A stretch of DNA of 64,000 bases from an uncultured delta proteobacterium (GCA_963789265.1 CAWBKB010000003.1:704001-768000), one strand, 5' to 3'; shown: positions 39,145 to 50,051, numbered from the stretch's first letter. The notes: generated by a model not told the origin, from the sequence alone. Numbers and translations are program-made.

Positions 39145-40596
39145 CTAGGAGTGACGCGCCCTCCGCTCGCCACCCTCGTTTTCCTCGTTTCGGACCAGGC
39201 TGAACACTTGGACCGGCTCGCTCACGTTCTTAAAATGCATCGATCCCCTGGGGAACAGACTAGCATCTCCACTCACTCGGGAAGCTGTCTCCGGGCCAAC
39301 AAGAATATCCCCATGTTTAGCGGCAGAAGCTATCCGTGCCGCAAGATTGGTCACGGGTCCGGTGGCCGTAAAGGTCATTCTGGTGCCTGAAGTGCCCTTG
39401 AAACGACTCATTCCGACGGCACACAAACCGGAGTTGATGCCCATGTTTACTTCCACCGGCTGGAATCGATTCTTCAATTCTTCGTTGATCTCCAGCGTCT
39501 TGCCTCTAATCTCCAGAGCGGCCTTAACAGCGCTGGACGCAGTTTTCAAGGGCTCGCCCTGAAATATGACCATCAGCCCGTCACCGGCCGTCTCGTTTAT
39601 ATCTCCCCCGTGATGGTAGATGACATCCAGGAAACTAGAGAAATACTTCTCAATGATGAAAGTCACTTTATCTCTGCCCTGCGTCTCGCTTATGCTGGTG
39701 TACCCCGCAACGTCGAGAAACAGGACTGTGACATCTACATCCTTCTTTTCCAGGTCAGGGGCTTCCGGGTTTTTTTCGACAATCTTTTGTACGGTGGAAG
39801 GAACAAACGGCCGCAAATGGTCGAGAATCCTGTCCACGGTCAACTTTTCCTGGGACATCTTCCAGTGGCTGCGGGCGTTCTTGATTACGTTGTTAGCTAG
39901 TTGAACCAGGTCCTGCAACAGCGTGAAATCCATCTCGCCTAAGCCGGCACCCGGCCTTGCGATTGCATCCAGCACGGCCAGTAGTTGATCCCCTTCATAA
40001 ATCGGAAACACGATTTCTGAGCATCCCTCCGTAGGAAAGCCATCCCCCGGTAAACGGCTCCTCCGGTTGCCGGGGAAAAAACACATGGCCGAAGAAGTCT
40101 GACCAAGCGCACTATTTACCGTTCCTCTGCCTCTTTTGCAGAGCTGGCAATTGATCCTCTCTCTCTCCACGGCACAATGAAGAGGGCGTGTGTAATACTG
40201 GGCTTCCGTGTCCACTACCAAAAGGCAAACTTCCTGCAATTGGGATAAGGTTGCTCTCGCCTCGTCTCGAATCATTTCCAGGACTTCACCAATGTCCAAT
40301 GACGATGTAAGTTTCTGGGCCACGCGAAAAACATTTTCAAAGCGCTCTTTGTAAATATTCCTTCCCCGGCCAAGTCGCCGTAGCACGTGCGCACCCATTC
40401 TGAATCTTTCCTGGTCATAGGTCGATTTAGGTGCTGAGTCTTGCGGTTCAAAGGCTTCCTTGCGACACCCACAAACGGGGCAGCCCCAGGAATCCGGCAG
40501 CTCCTCGAAGACCAATCCTCGACTGATTTTGTTTTCAGGGTTGTTCCGGGCAGGATCATAAATCCAGCCGCAGGTGCAACATTTCCACTTCGTCAT
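39145..40596 (-). CDS. rubredoxin-GAF-class III nucleotide cyclase fusion
   Basis: WKCCTCGWIYDP...FEELPDSWGCPVCG; central GAF-like region; VLFLDVAGYT, NETAGDGLM, GINSG, TGPVTNLAARI. Confidence 0.9.
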   Translation of the reverse strand: MTKWKCCTCGWIYDPARNNPENKISRGLVFEELPDSWGCPVCGCRKEAFEPQDSAPKSTYDQERFRMGAHVLRRLGRGRNIYKERFENVFRVAQKLTSSLDIGEVLEMIRDEARATLSQLQEVCLLVVDTEAQYYTRPLHCAVERERINCQLCKRGRGTVNSALGQTSSAMCFFPGNRRSRLPGDGFPTEGCSEIVFPIYEGDQLLAVLDAIARPGAGLGEMDFTLLQDLVQLANNVIKNARSHWKMSQEKLTVDRILDHLRPFVPSTVQKIVEKNPEAPDLEKKDVDVTVLFLDVAGYTSISETQGRDKVTFIIEKYFSSFLDVIYHHGGDINETAGDGLMVIFQGEPLKTASSAVKAALEIRGKTLEINEELKNRFQPVEVNMGINSGLCAVGMSRFKGTSGTRMTFTATGPVTNLAARIASAAKHGDILVGPETASRVSGDASLFPRGSMHFKNVSEPVQVFSLVRNEENEGGERRARHS

Positions 40597-40712
40597 ATCC
40601 GTTCTCCCAAGAATCTATGCCAAGCCGAGTGAGACAAGGATCAGTATATAGGTTCAGCCCTGAGACTGAAAGGACCAGCTTGCTCGAAGCAGATACCGAA
40701 GGCGTGGACGGA

Positions 40713-40931
40713 GATACTGTCTCAAAATCAAGGCATGAGCGAAATTCGTGGCACGATAGACTGTTGCTCCGGCAAACCCGCTTTCCGCGCGGGACCGGGC
40801 TACTATCCCTCGTCCCTCAGGGACCCTTGCCTTTGAGCCCCATTGGGGCGATAGAAAGTGGCCCGGTGCTTCAGCATCGGGCTGCCACCGCGGCGCGATT
40901 CCGGGCATCAAAGTAGTTTTGACACAGTTTC
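40713..40931. mobile_element. family-B MITE
   Basis: GATACTGTCTCAAAA...TTTTGACACAGTTTC; internal GCCCCATTGGGGCGATAGAAAGT shared with the 2440 copy. Confidence 0.75.
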
Positions 40932-41425
40932 TATAATCTTGTCACCACATTAGAACCGGATAAAAGGCCCGATGATTTGCACCGCACTCCAAGTTAAATG
41001 CCCCCCGGCAAAACCGGGGGTTTACCATCGTTTTGGTTAGTTTTGACAATATTTGACCACACTTCGCTCCCGGCCGCGAGGTCAACGTAAATCCAGGCAG
41101 ATCTTCCACTTATAAGTTGTCTTATGAGCCAATGATGTGCTCGGCACGTCCGGAGCAGGTTTGAGGCTTCGAGCAAGGGCCGTTTGATGAAGGCATGAAA
41201 CAAATGACACGCCAAACTTGACCCAAAGCTGCAAGGCGGGCATTTCTTTGACAGAGAAATTTCGTTGCAATAGAATGGGGTTCGAAGGGGTTGGGAAATC
41301 CCGAAATGAAGCAGCTTGCAGCCCATACGGAACTGTTTTCGATCCCCGACATCGCCATGATGGTCTTCAATAAGATTAGGATATCCGAGCTCAATTAGGA
41401 ATTCGAGAGGAAAGTAAAGCCTGTA

Positions 41426-42052
41426 ATGGAAATCGTTCTGCATTGGATAGTAACCTATGGATACCTGGCGCTTTTCTGCCTGTTAATGCTAGGCATAGTC
41501 GGAGCCCCATTTCCCGAAGATTTGATACTCGCATTTGCAGGTTATCTTGTATCCGCAGGCTATCTAGAGCCGGGTCGCACTGTGGCATCGGCTTTTCTGG
41601 GGAGTCTTTGCGGCATCAGTGTGAGTTATGGGCTGGGCCGCACAGTCGGTTTTCCACTTATCGAAAAATACGGCCATTTCGTTTGTATCACCGCCAAAAG
41701 ATTGAGCCTCGTTAAGAACTGGTACGAACGCTTCGGCAAGTGGGGGCTACTTTTCGGGTACTTCATCGGCGGTGTGCGACATTTGACCGCGTTTTTTGCC
41801 GGTATGACGAAGCTTCGACTGCGGGTATTTGCAGTGTTCGCTTACACCGGGGCATTCCTTTGGTCTATCACTCTTATTTCGATAGGGTACATCCTCGGCG
41901 ACCGTTGGGCTGCCGTGTCACATCATCACGGTTTGCAAACGTGCATTGTGGCAGCCGTCTGCATCGTGCTGGCCACAAGCGGGTGGTTGGCACACAGACG
42001 ATTCAGGTTGCTATCACCTGTGTCTGCAAAGCTTTCAGCAAAGCGCGAGTAA
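41426..42052 (+). CDS. DedA family membrane protein
   Basis: GAPFPEDLIL, SYGLGR, FIGGVRH, AGM. Confidence 0.9.
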   Translation: MEIVLHWIVTYGYLALFCLLMLGIVGAPFPEDLILAFAGYLVSAGYLEPGRTVASAFLGSLCGISVSYGLGRTVGFPLIEKYGHFVCITAKRLSLVKNWYERFGKWGLLFGYFIGGVRHLTAFFAGMTKLRLRVFAVFAYTGAFLWSITLISIGYILGDRWAAVSHHHGLQTCIVAAVCIVLATSGWLAHRRFRLLSPVSAKLSAKRE

Positions 42053-42057
42053 GTAAC

Positions 42058-42207
42058 CATCCAGTTTCGCGGGGAATTGTCGGTTCCCGGTTATAGCGAG
42101 GAGAGGAATCCCGCGTCCTGCGGAAAAGCTATCTTTTCTTCCTGGTTGGAAGATTGCCGCGGGCTTACACCCTGGCAGTGACAGCAGTATTATTGGCCAA
42201 GTGAATG
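42058..42207. repeat. degenerate family-A shell
   Basis: CATCCAGTTTCGCGGGG...AAGTGAATG; decayed GATTGCCGCG...GCAGTGAC core. Confidence 0.55.
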
Positions 42208-42221
42208 GTTCCCATGGATCT

Positions 42222-43094
42222 TTATTTCAATTTCCTTTTGTGGAGGGGTGCGGCGGTCACACGGCGAATCTTGTTGTTGTCGTCAAAGCCTAAAGCCAGC
42301 ACTAAATCCGGGCGGTCCGACACTTTGTAGAGGACCACCGTTAGATCCTTTCCTGCGCCCGGAAATTCCTTCCAATATTCTATTCCGTGGGATGAAAGGA
42401 ATTCCATCACTTTGTCCGCACCGATATTACGCTTTGAGCAGTACCCGAAGAATCCGCTGAGGCCGGCGAAATCGTTTTTTATCGTGAGCGGAAAACCCAC
42501 GCTCTGATAATATATCAGCGTGTCTTGCGCCGCCTGTCTGGTTTGGCGAATGCCTTTGCCTGCTTCACCATTGTTCGGATTTAATTTATGCGCTCGTTCA
42601 TAAAACGTCCCGGCGGTATCCCAATCCTTCAATTTGGCTGCGGCCCGGGCAATGCACAGACTGTATTCAACATTTTTAGTTTGCAGCTCATAAGCTTTCT
42701 TGAAGGCATCTATGGTTTCCCTGAGATTCACCCTCGCTTCCTTGTGTTTCCCTTTGGCCTCGTTGAGTTCCCATTCTCCCAAGTGGATCAGTCCAATGTG
42801 GTGCCATGCGTGATGGTCGATGCCCTTTACAGCGGTCAACTTTTCAAAATCCGTAAGGGCCTTGTCCCACTCACCGAGGTTGTAGTAATTCACCCCTCTA
42901 CAGTAAATCGTTTCATGGCGTTCAGGTTCGATTTTCAGGGCTTCAGTGTAGTATTCCACTGCTTGTTTATATTTTTGGGCCTTATATGCCTCTTCCCCTT
43001 TTGCATGCAATTCCTTGGCCGTCTCAGCCCATGACGAGCAACAGCATGCAAAGAAGGTGCAAATCAGAATTGCGACAAAATACACCCTTTTCAT
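42222..43094 (-). CDS. secreted TPR-repeat protein
   Basis: Signal peptide, TPR patterns (AVEYYTEALKIEP, ALTDFEK, YERAHKLNP). Confidence 0.85.
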   Translation of the reverse strand: MKRVYFVAILICTFFACCCSSWAETAKELHAKGEEAYKAQKYKQAVEYYTEALKIEPERHETIYCRGVNYYNLGEWDKALTDFEKLTAVKGIDHHAWHHIGLIHLGEWELNEAKGKHKEARVNLRETIDAFKKAYELQTKNVEYSLCIARAAAKLKDWDTAGTFYERAHKLNPNNGEAGKGIRQTRQAAQDTLIYYQSVGFPLTIKNDFAGLSGFFGYCSKRNIGADKVMEFLSSHGIEYWKEFPGAGKDLTVVLYKVSDRPDLVLALGFDDNNKIRRVTAAPLHKRKLK

Positions 43095-43435
43095 TGGCCC
43101 GCCTCTTTCTCATAATGCTTGTGCTTGTCGGTCAAGATTGTATGATACCATAATAGATTGTCGGATCAGGAGAAATTTCCACTCCTTGGCCGCCTCACAA
43201 GGCAGACAGGCGAAAGTTTCCTATTTACCCTGTGCTCCGGCTCGGGACTTTTCTTAGAACTGATTACAGGGGTTGGATAGACGGTCGGTTGTGTCCTAGA
43301 AGTCAAAGAGCCGGTGCAGTCCCGCCAGGCATTCACGGCAACATAGATTCGCTCGGTCTTTCGTCCAACAATTGATTTGTGTTATCTTGTTATGAGATAT
43401 TTAACCGAGACAATTGCTGAGGAGAGCGCGTCCGG

Positions 43436-43948
43436 ATGGTCGTAAAGATTAAGAACCTGTTTGGAATCGTTATTTTTTCCTTAGCTGTGTTCCTCTTGTG
43501 CCAGCCTGCTTCCCCGTTCGAAAAGAAGCCAAGCAAGAGTTCGGTCTTCGAAGTCCCCACTTCCGGCACCATCATGGATGTTCAATACCATCCCGAATTT
43601 GACGAGTGGTGGGTCAAATGTCGCGAGGGATCTAACATCGTCATTTATTCCTACGAGAAGCTGACCCGCAAATGGGGCAGAGTTGTCTTCACACCCAAGA
43701 AGCCGGACGAGAAAGAGAAAAAGGCGGAGAGGAGCAGACAATCCGAGACCGGCACTACTTCAGGCCTGACGGCAGCCGGTATAACACATGCTGAGAACAA
43801 ACAAGATAGTGGGCAACACACGGGCCCAAAGAAGGGGTCCGGGCCGGAACATAAACAGGATGACAAAAAAAAGTGGTGGGATCCACTGAACCTTATTAAA
43901 GGGGGCGAGGGTCTCATTTACCCGCCCGGTGCGTCCAAACACAAATGA
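43436..43948 (+). CDS. hypothetical exported protein
   Basis: GAGGAG RBS, signal peptide, charged low-complexity tail. Confidence 0.7.
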   Translation: MVVKIKNLFGIVIFSLAVFLLCQPASPFEKKPSKSSVFEVPTSGTIMDVQYHPEFDEWWVKCREGSNIVIYSYEKLTRKWGRVVFTPKKPDEKEKKAERSRQSETGTTSGLTAAGITHAENKQDSGQHTGPKKGSGPEHKQDDKKKWWDPLNLIKGGEGLIYPPGASKHK

Positions 43949-44036
43949 ATGGAATGGGAGGGAGCAACCTTTAGAGCAGGCGCCCAAAATTTTGAAATAT
44001 AGAATTCTAAAGAGTTGGCGTAGGGGCAAGTTTCAA

Positions 44037-44229
44037 GAGACTGTCTCAAAAATCTCTCCACGATGGGGTCTGATTCGTATAGTTGTTGCCCTCACCCCAA
44101 CCCTCTCCCAGAGGGAGAGGGAGCTGTACCAAAGCGACTCTCAGAGTCCCCTCACCCAACATACAAGTGACAGGGTGAGGGGATTTCGTGGCACGATCTC
44201 GACCCGGTCCGCACTAATGAGACACTTTC
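44037..44229. mobile_element. family-B MITE carrying a CCCTCACCCC...GGGAGAGGG REP
   Basis: GAGACTGTCTCA...TGAGACACTTTC, TCAA direct repeat at 44033-36 and 44230-33. Confidence 0.75.
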
Positions 44230-44289
44230 TCAAACCCGCCCCTGCATGCGGTCATTCACTGATCTGAGTTCGGCGTCCTGCGTTTGAGA

Positions 44290-45337
44290 TTAAATGGAAC
44301 TCTCTATCAGCCTCTTCAGAAGCCGCGTAAGGATTCTGGCGGTGGTATCCACCAGCGGAACGACTTTTTGATAGTTCATACGTTTTGGCCCGATCACGCC
44401 AATGCTGCCCAGGTCCTGCCTCTTCCGTTCGTATCGGATAGGTTACAATCGAGCAGGTCTCAATCTCGTCCAGCCCGTGTTCCGATCCAATAAATATCTG
44501 AATGCCCCGGGCTTCGAGCGTCTTATCCAGAATCTTAAGTAGATTGCTTTTCTCCTCGAAAGTGATGAGGATGGCCCTGAGTGTTTCGACCTGCGCGAAT
44601 TCAGGCTCGTCGAGAATGTTCGTTTGTCCCTCAATAAAAATTTCGCTCGTTGCCTGCTGAGACAGAATTATGTGGCTCAAGCGGAGCACTTTGGCCAGGA
44701 TAGCGTCAACCTTGGTCTTTTCCGCGGCCAATTCCCGATCTATCCTTTCACGAGCCTGTCTCAGGTCAAGATCCTTGAGCATGTCGTTCAGCATACGGCT
44801 GTACTTCTCAAGGGTCTCTTGCGAAATGCCGTCTTCATCGTAGATAATCTTATTCTGGACCAAACCGCTCGCGGACACCAAGACCACGAGAATTCTGTCA
44901 TCCGCGATCTTTATGAATTCGATCGTCTTGAATGTCTGTTCCACTCGCGGTGTGGAGGTCACCACCCCGGCCTGCTTGGACAACTCTGCCAGCACTGACG
45001 AGGATTGCCGAAGCACGTCCCTTATATCAAGACCCGCTGCCCTAATTAGAGACTCGATCACTGCTTGCTCGTCCCCGCCGAGTTCCGGCGGCGGAGGGAT
45101 GGTATCCACATAGAAGCGGTATCCCCGATCCGTGGGCACACGACCCGCGCTCACATGGGGCTGCACGATGTAGCCGGATTCAGTGAGGTCACTCATAATA
45201 TTTCGAATGGACGCGGCCGAAAGGCCTATGTAGCTCTTTTTGGAGAGCGTGCGTGATCCCACCGGCTCGCCGGTAAGTATATACTCCCAGATTATAGCCT
45301 TGAGAATTTGTTCCGAACGTTTTTCCAGAACTTGCAT
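44290..45337 (-). CDS. hrcA: heat-inducible transcription repressor, +1 frameshift near 44415
   Basis: [40 protein letters not shown]; next frame gives [14 protein letters not shown]...stop at 44290. Confidence 0.92.
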
Positions 45338-45419
45338 GTATGTTCCTTTGCCGGAATTATGGGCCTGCTGGTACATTAAACACATTATTCTCCAAAGCAG
45401 AACACGTCAAGAAGAACGG

Positions 45420-45580
45420 TAGTGTCCTAATTTGGGACACCATCGCGGTTTTCACAAATCGTCACCCAAGACCCCGATCCGGGGGTAGCCGGCGGCTCAT
45501 AAACCACCGGCACGGAGGCCGGTCCTACTGGATCCCGGCGTACGGCGGCATGACGATCAACACACTAAATTAGGACACCA
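45420..45580. mobile_element. family-E MITE (GTGTCCTAATTT TIR)
   Basis: TAGTGTCCTAATTT...AAATTAGGACACCA enclosing ACCGGCACGGAGGCCGGTCCTAC. Confidence 0.65.
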
Positions 45581-45603
45581 GACCGAAAGTGGAGATTGAA
45601 GGC

Positions 45604-46416
45604 CTACAATCTCTCAAGGTAGTTTACAAAGAATTTAAAGGATTCTTTCGGCGCGGCGATCAGGGGACTCTCGACTCTTTTTCCATCGAGAAGTTCACCC
45701 ACGTGAAAAAGACGACCGTCGAGGTACCTTATCTCTCCGCCTGCTGCTTCGAGGATGATACTGCCTGCTGCGAGATCCCTAACATCAACGTTCTTCATGA
45801 AACAGGCGTCCGCGGCCCCTCTAGCCACGTAAGCCAAATGACCGGCAGAAGATCCGAAATTGCGAATCTTTCCCGGAAATGTGCTCGTAAAATCCTGATG
45901 AAAACGGGAATAAACCAGCGCCAGGCTCTCATTGTCAATAGTGGGATCTTCCCTAACTTGTATTGGCTTATCGTTTAACAGTGCTTCTCGACCCGCATAA
46001 GCAAAATAAAGCTCTCCGGTGACGGGAAGGTAAAGAAACGCAAGGACCGGCCAAAATTTCTCAAACAGCGCCGCGCTGATTCCCCAAACAGGCATACCGG
46101 CCTGAAATGACGCAGCGCCATCCAATGGGTCCACGATCCAGAGAAAACGAGGACAATCGCTTCTGCGGATCTCTTCTCCGGACAATTCGCGTAGGAACCC
46201 ATGCCCCTCGAAGCTGCCTTTGATCTTCGTGGAAATCAGCTCCCATGCCGCATTGTCCGCCTTAGTCACCAGTTCTTCATCAAATTTCAGATGTGGATTC
46301 CCGGTGCCAAACATCTCGAGGAGCAGATTGCCTCCCTTGCGAAGAGTATTTTCCACGAATTCTTTCAAGGTCCGCAGTTCACGTTCACTGAGAGATCTTT
46401 CCTCTGCCTTTTTCAT
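45604..46416 (-). CDS. inositol monophosphatase family protein
   Basis: VTKAD, WIVDPLDGA, RNFGSSA, YVARG, DLAAG. Confidence 0.9.
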   Translation of the reverse strand: MKKAEERSLSERELRTLKEFVENTLRKGGNLLLEMFGTGNPHLKFDEELVTKADNAAWELISTKIKGSFEGHGFLRELSGEEIRRSDCPRFLWIVDPLDGAASFQAGMPVWGISAALFEKFWPVLAFLYLPVTGELYFAYAGREALLNDKPIQVREDPTIDNESLALVYSRFHQDFTSTFPGKIRNFGSSAGHLAYVARGAADACFMKNVDVRDLAAGSIILEAAGGEIRYLDGRLFHVGELLDGKRVESPLIAAPKESFKFFVNYLERL

Positions 46417-46731
46417 CTGTTACTCCCTTAAAGGTCCTCGATGATCGAGCGCGATCTGTGGCCGCGACAGCAATCAGATTGCGCGTGAGACTCAGGGAAT
46501 CTTGCTCAAGATTCGGAAAACATGGAACTTAATGTAAAGGCATCATTAGTTGCCTGTCAAGAAAACAGGGCGGGACGGAATCCACGGCCTTGACCGAAGG
46601 GAACCCGGCAGATAAGGTACAGGGACGAATCTGGAAGGCTCAGTTTTCTTAAATTGTTCGGAGTCTTTTGGATGTTTCACGAAGAAAACTTACGGTCGGC
46701 ACGTCAGGGGTAGTGGTCCGACGGAGGCCCT

Positions 46732-48096
46732 ATGAGTCAAGGATTGACAAGCCTGCGCTTCCGCCGGAACGCGGCAAAAGCGGTGCTAAATCGCCCTCTC
46801 AGGGACGCACTGCGCAATGCTACGGATATATTTGCTGCCCTGAGAGAGCGAGGTTTCGCTTCTGAACCTATTGAGACCCTTCGTGATCGCGGCTCAAAGA
46901 TCCGAACGCAGGTTTTGGATAATTTGCCGGAATATCTTGACCGTTTTTCTGCCGCCGCGACCCGCGCAGGGGCTATGGTGCATCAGGCGCAAGATAGCAA
47001 GATCGCGAGAGAAATTGTCTTCAATATTCTCAGGGATCGCGGTGCAAGGAAGATCGTCAAATCCAAATCCATGGTAACCGAGGAAATCCACCTGAACCAG
47101 TATTTGGAAGCTCACGGCATAGAAGTCGTCGAGACGGATCTGGGAGAATACATTGTACAAATTGCAGGGGAGACACCTTCTCACATTTTAGCGCCGGCCA
47201 TTCACAAGTCTCGGCAGCAGGTCGGACAATTATTTGTACAAAAGCTCGGTGTCGATTACTCCGATGACCCAACGGTTTTGGTAAGAATAGCCCGAAGCGT
47301 CTTGAGAAAAGAATTTCTCTCCGCCGACGCGGGAATCACTGGGGCAAACTTTGCCATTGCCCAATCAGGTAGCATCGCCATATTCACGAATGAAGGCAAC
47401 GGACGGATGGTAACCACCGTGCCTCCGCTCCATATAGCAGTCCTGACTATCGAAAAGATTTTACCTTCGCTTGAGGATCTGCCGCTGTTCGTCCGCCTGC
47501 TCTCCAGGGCCGCCACAGGGCAACCTCTCTCCAGTTATCTCTCAGTCATCACAGGAACCAGAAAATCGGGAGAAGCGACAGGGGCCAAAGAACTCCATAT
47601 CGTGCTCCTGGACAACGGCCGGTCCAACATTCTTCGCGGGGATTTCCGCGAGATACTCAAATGTATACGGTGTAGCGCTTGTTTGAACGTTTGCCCAGTG
47701 TACCGTGTGATTGGCGGCCATGCGTACGGCTCAACATACGCCGGCCCGATGGGCATTGTCCTGACTGCCCTGCTTGAAGGAATCGAAAAAGCTCACCCGC
47801 TGATGGACGCCTCAACTCTTTGCGGCGCATGCGCGGAAGCGTGCCCTGTGCGGACACCGCTGGTTGATTTGTTAAGAATGCTGCGCGAGCACAGAGTGAA
47901 TGAGGGATTGACTCCGCCAATTGAACGGGCGGCCATGGGCGCTTACGCACGAGCCACAAAAACTCCTGCCCTCTTTGCTTTCGGGCAAAGAACGTCTCGG
48001 ATCTTATGGCCTATCTTACGCAGGATCTTCGGCGAGGGAACATTCGATCGACTTCCGCGGCCTGTCAGACGCACGTTTAAAGAAAGAATGTCCTAA
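46732..48096 (+). CDS. lutB: lactate utilization protein B (Fe-S)
   Basis: KSKSMVTEE, ETDLGEYIVQ, PSHILAPAIH, TNEGNGR, CIRCSACLNVCPVY, STLCGACAEACP. Confidence 0.9.
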   Translation: MSQGLTSLRFRRNAAKAVLNRPLRDALRNATDIFAALRERGFASEPIETLRDRGSKIRTQVLDNLPEYLDRFSAAATRAGAMVHQAQDSKIAREIVFNILRDRGARKIVKSKSMVTEEIHLNQYLEAHGIEVVETDLGEYIVQIAGETPSHILAPAIHKSRQQVGQLFVQKLGVDYSDDPTVLVRIARSVLRKEFLSADAGITGANFAIAQSGSIAIFTNEGNGRMVTTVPPLHIAVLTIEKILPSLEDLPLFVRLLSRAATGQPLSSYLSVITGTRKSGEATGAKELHIVLLDNGRSNILRGDFREILKCIRCSACLNVCPVYRVIGGHAYGSTYAGPMGIVLTALLEGIEKAHPLMDASTLCGACAEACPVRTPLVDLLRMLREHRVNEGLTPPIERAAMGAYARATKTPALFAFGQRTSRILWPILRRIFGEGTFDRLPRPVRRTFKERMS

Positions 48097-48128
48097 AGTA
48101 GCCTGGGACAGCTTCCGGGGAGGCAAGA

Positions 48129-48806
48129 ATGAAAAGGCTGTTAGTAATGGCACTCATTATCACTGGCTCCTGTGTTGTGAACCTGCCTCAAGTTGCGGCG
48201 GAGGCCCAATCTACGGCTATAGCGAAGGATGCAGAATGGCACCCCACGACGGAAACCATGCAGAAGATCCGGCAATCTTGCGCATCGCTACACGCCCCCG
48301 ATTTTGGACAATGCTTCGTGGCACTAATGCCGAAACTGGGTGCAACCGCTCAGGCCGTGGCTTTTGCGAAATCTACGGGGAATACCGGTTACCTGGCCCA
48401 CTTTTCGAAGGTCGGTCCGGTGGATCTTGCGTACGTGGTTTATCCATTCAGGGCGAACGAAAATGATGGATGGCTCCTGGTGAACGGTGATCCGCCACTT
48501 ATAGACGTGGATACCTTGACCAATTTACGGAAAGGGCAACTGGAACGCGACCCCTCCTACCTTCTGTTAAAGAAGAAGTTTCCTAAAGTCATGCTCTTTC
48601 CGGGTGACAGAAGTCGGACACTTCCACCCAAGGTAATTCGGTTGCCGACTGAGGGACAACGATTCATTGTAAAGTACAAGCTCCTCAATGGCTGTCACGC
48701 CTGTGAACCGGTTGGGCAGGCAGAATTTTCTTTTGATTTTGACCCAACCGGCAAGTTTTTGGGCACGCAACTCCAGCATGTGGAGTTACTGACGAGTCTG
48801 AAATAG
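48129..48806 (+). CDS. hypothetical exported protein
   Basis: GGGAGG RBS, signal peptide, YPFRANEN and GCHAC motifs. Confidence 0.75.
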   Translation: MKRLLVMALIITGSCVVNLPQVAAEAQSTAIAKDAEWHPTTETMQKIRQSCASLHAPDFGQCFVALMPKLGATAQAVAFAKSTGNTGYLAHFSKVGPVDLAYVVYPFRANENDGWLLVNGDPPLIDVDTLTNLRKGQLERDPSYLLLKKKFPKVMLFPGDRSRTLPPKVIRLPTEGQRFIVKYKLLNGCHACEPVGQAEFSFDFDPTGKFLGTQLQHVELLTSLK

Positions 48807-48892
48807 AAAAGAAGAGGGGGGCGATTATGCCGAAGTGAGCGGATTGTCCCGAGTAACGAGTCCAGGATTCTCAAAAATTCGAAAATCTTCTT

Positions 48893-50051
48893 CTAGCTCA
48901 TCAATTCCAGTGCCTTTTTCAGGGCTTCCAGCAAAAGTATCACGTTTTCAGCCCGACTATTGAAGCCCATGAGCCCTATACGCCAAACCTTTCCCGCCAG
49001 TTGGCCCAGAACCTCCTGCGATCTCGATGTTGTAATTCTGGAGGAGATAGTCGCTCACGGCCTTGGCGTCGATGCCGGGGGGAACCAGTGCGGTGGTCAG
49101 GCTCGGCAGACGAAAATCCTTGTCCACGTGGCAGTCGATGTCGAGCTCTTTAAGCCCTTCCCAGAGCATTTCTGCATTAGACCGGTGACGTTCCCATCGG
49201 TCTTCGAGACCCTCCTCCGCGATCAGGCGAAGTGCCTCTCTTAAAGCGTAATTCATGTTAATAGGCGCGGTGTGATGGTAAGTACGTTCGCTCCCCCAGT
49301 ATTTGCCCACAAGCTTCATGTCCAGGTACCAGTTGGCCACCTTTGTTTTTCGGCTGTTGAGCTTCTCCATTGCCCGTTCACCAAGAGTAAGCGGAGAGAT
49401 GCCGGGCGGACAGCCCAAGCATTTCTGGGAACCGCTGTAAGCGATGTCCACATGCCATCGGTCGAGGAAGACGGGCGCACCGCCGAGACTTGTGACCGTA
49501 TCCAGCAGGAACAGGCAATCGAATTCACGGCATAGCTTCCCGATCCCTTGCATGGGGTGAAGCGCGCCGGTAGAGGTTTCCCCATGAACCAGGCCCAAGA
49601 GTACCGGTCTGTGGGTCTCCAGGGCCGAGCCGATCTCGTCGAGGGTAAAGACTTCACCCCACGGTTTTTCTATTCGGCGTACATCGGCACCGTAACGGGA
49701 GGCCATGTCGCAAAGCCTCTCGCCAAAGTAGCCGTTAACTCCGATCAGAACCACATCCTCCGGTTCGATGCAGTTGGCGAGAGAGGCTTCCATGGCAGCA
49801 CTCCCGGTACCGCTGACCGGAATTGTGAAGGGGTTGTCTGTTTGCCAGACGTATCGCAGGAGTTCTTGAGACTCATTCATCAGTTCAATGAATTTCGGAT
49901 CCAGGTGTCCCACTTCATTCATGCTCAGAGCTTGCCGTACTCTAGGATGAATATTTGCGGGGCCCGGGCCCAGCAGCAGTCGCGGGGGCATGTCGAGTTG
50001 TTGGACCACGATTCGATGAGAATCGTCGATTCCACGTGTCTTATTTTGCAT
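48893..50051 (-). CDS. alanine-glyoxylate / serine-pyruvate aminotransferase (class V), +1 frameshift near 49010
   Basis: LLLGPGP, SGTGSAAME, VHGETSTG, DTVTSLGG, YSGSQKCL, YHHT; next frame LGQLAGKVWRIGLMG to stop at 48893. Confidence 0.92.

Noticed and set aside
41002..41020. CCCCCGG-CAAAA-CCGGGGG hairpin as an IS200/IS605 end
   Set aside because: Single short hairpin with no tnpA/tnpB nearby; cannot be told apart from a terminator or REP.
40994..41443. Minus-strand ORFs upstream of dedA
   Set aside because: No motifs or RBS, overlap the dedA start, composition not protein-like.
48129..48806. GCHAC as a c-type heme-binding site
   Set aside because: The motif is CxxC followed by Glu, not CxxCH.
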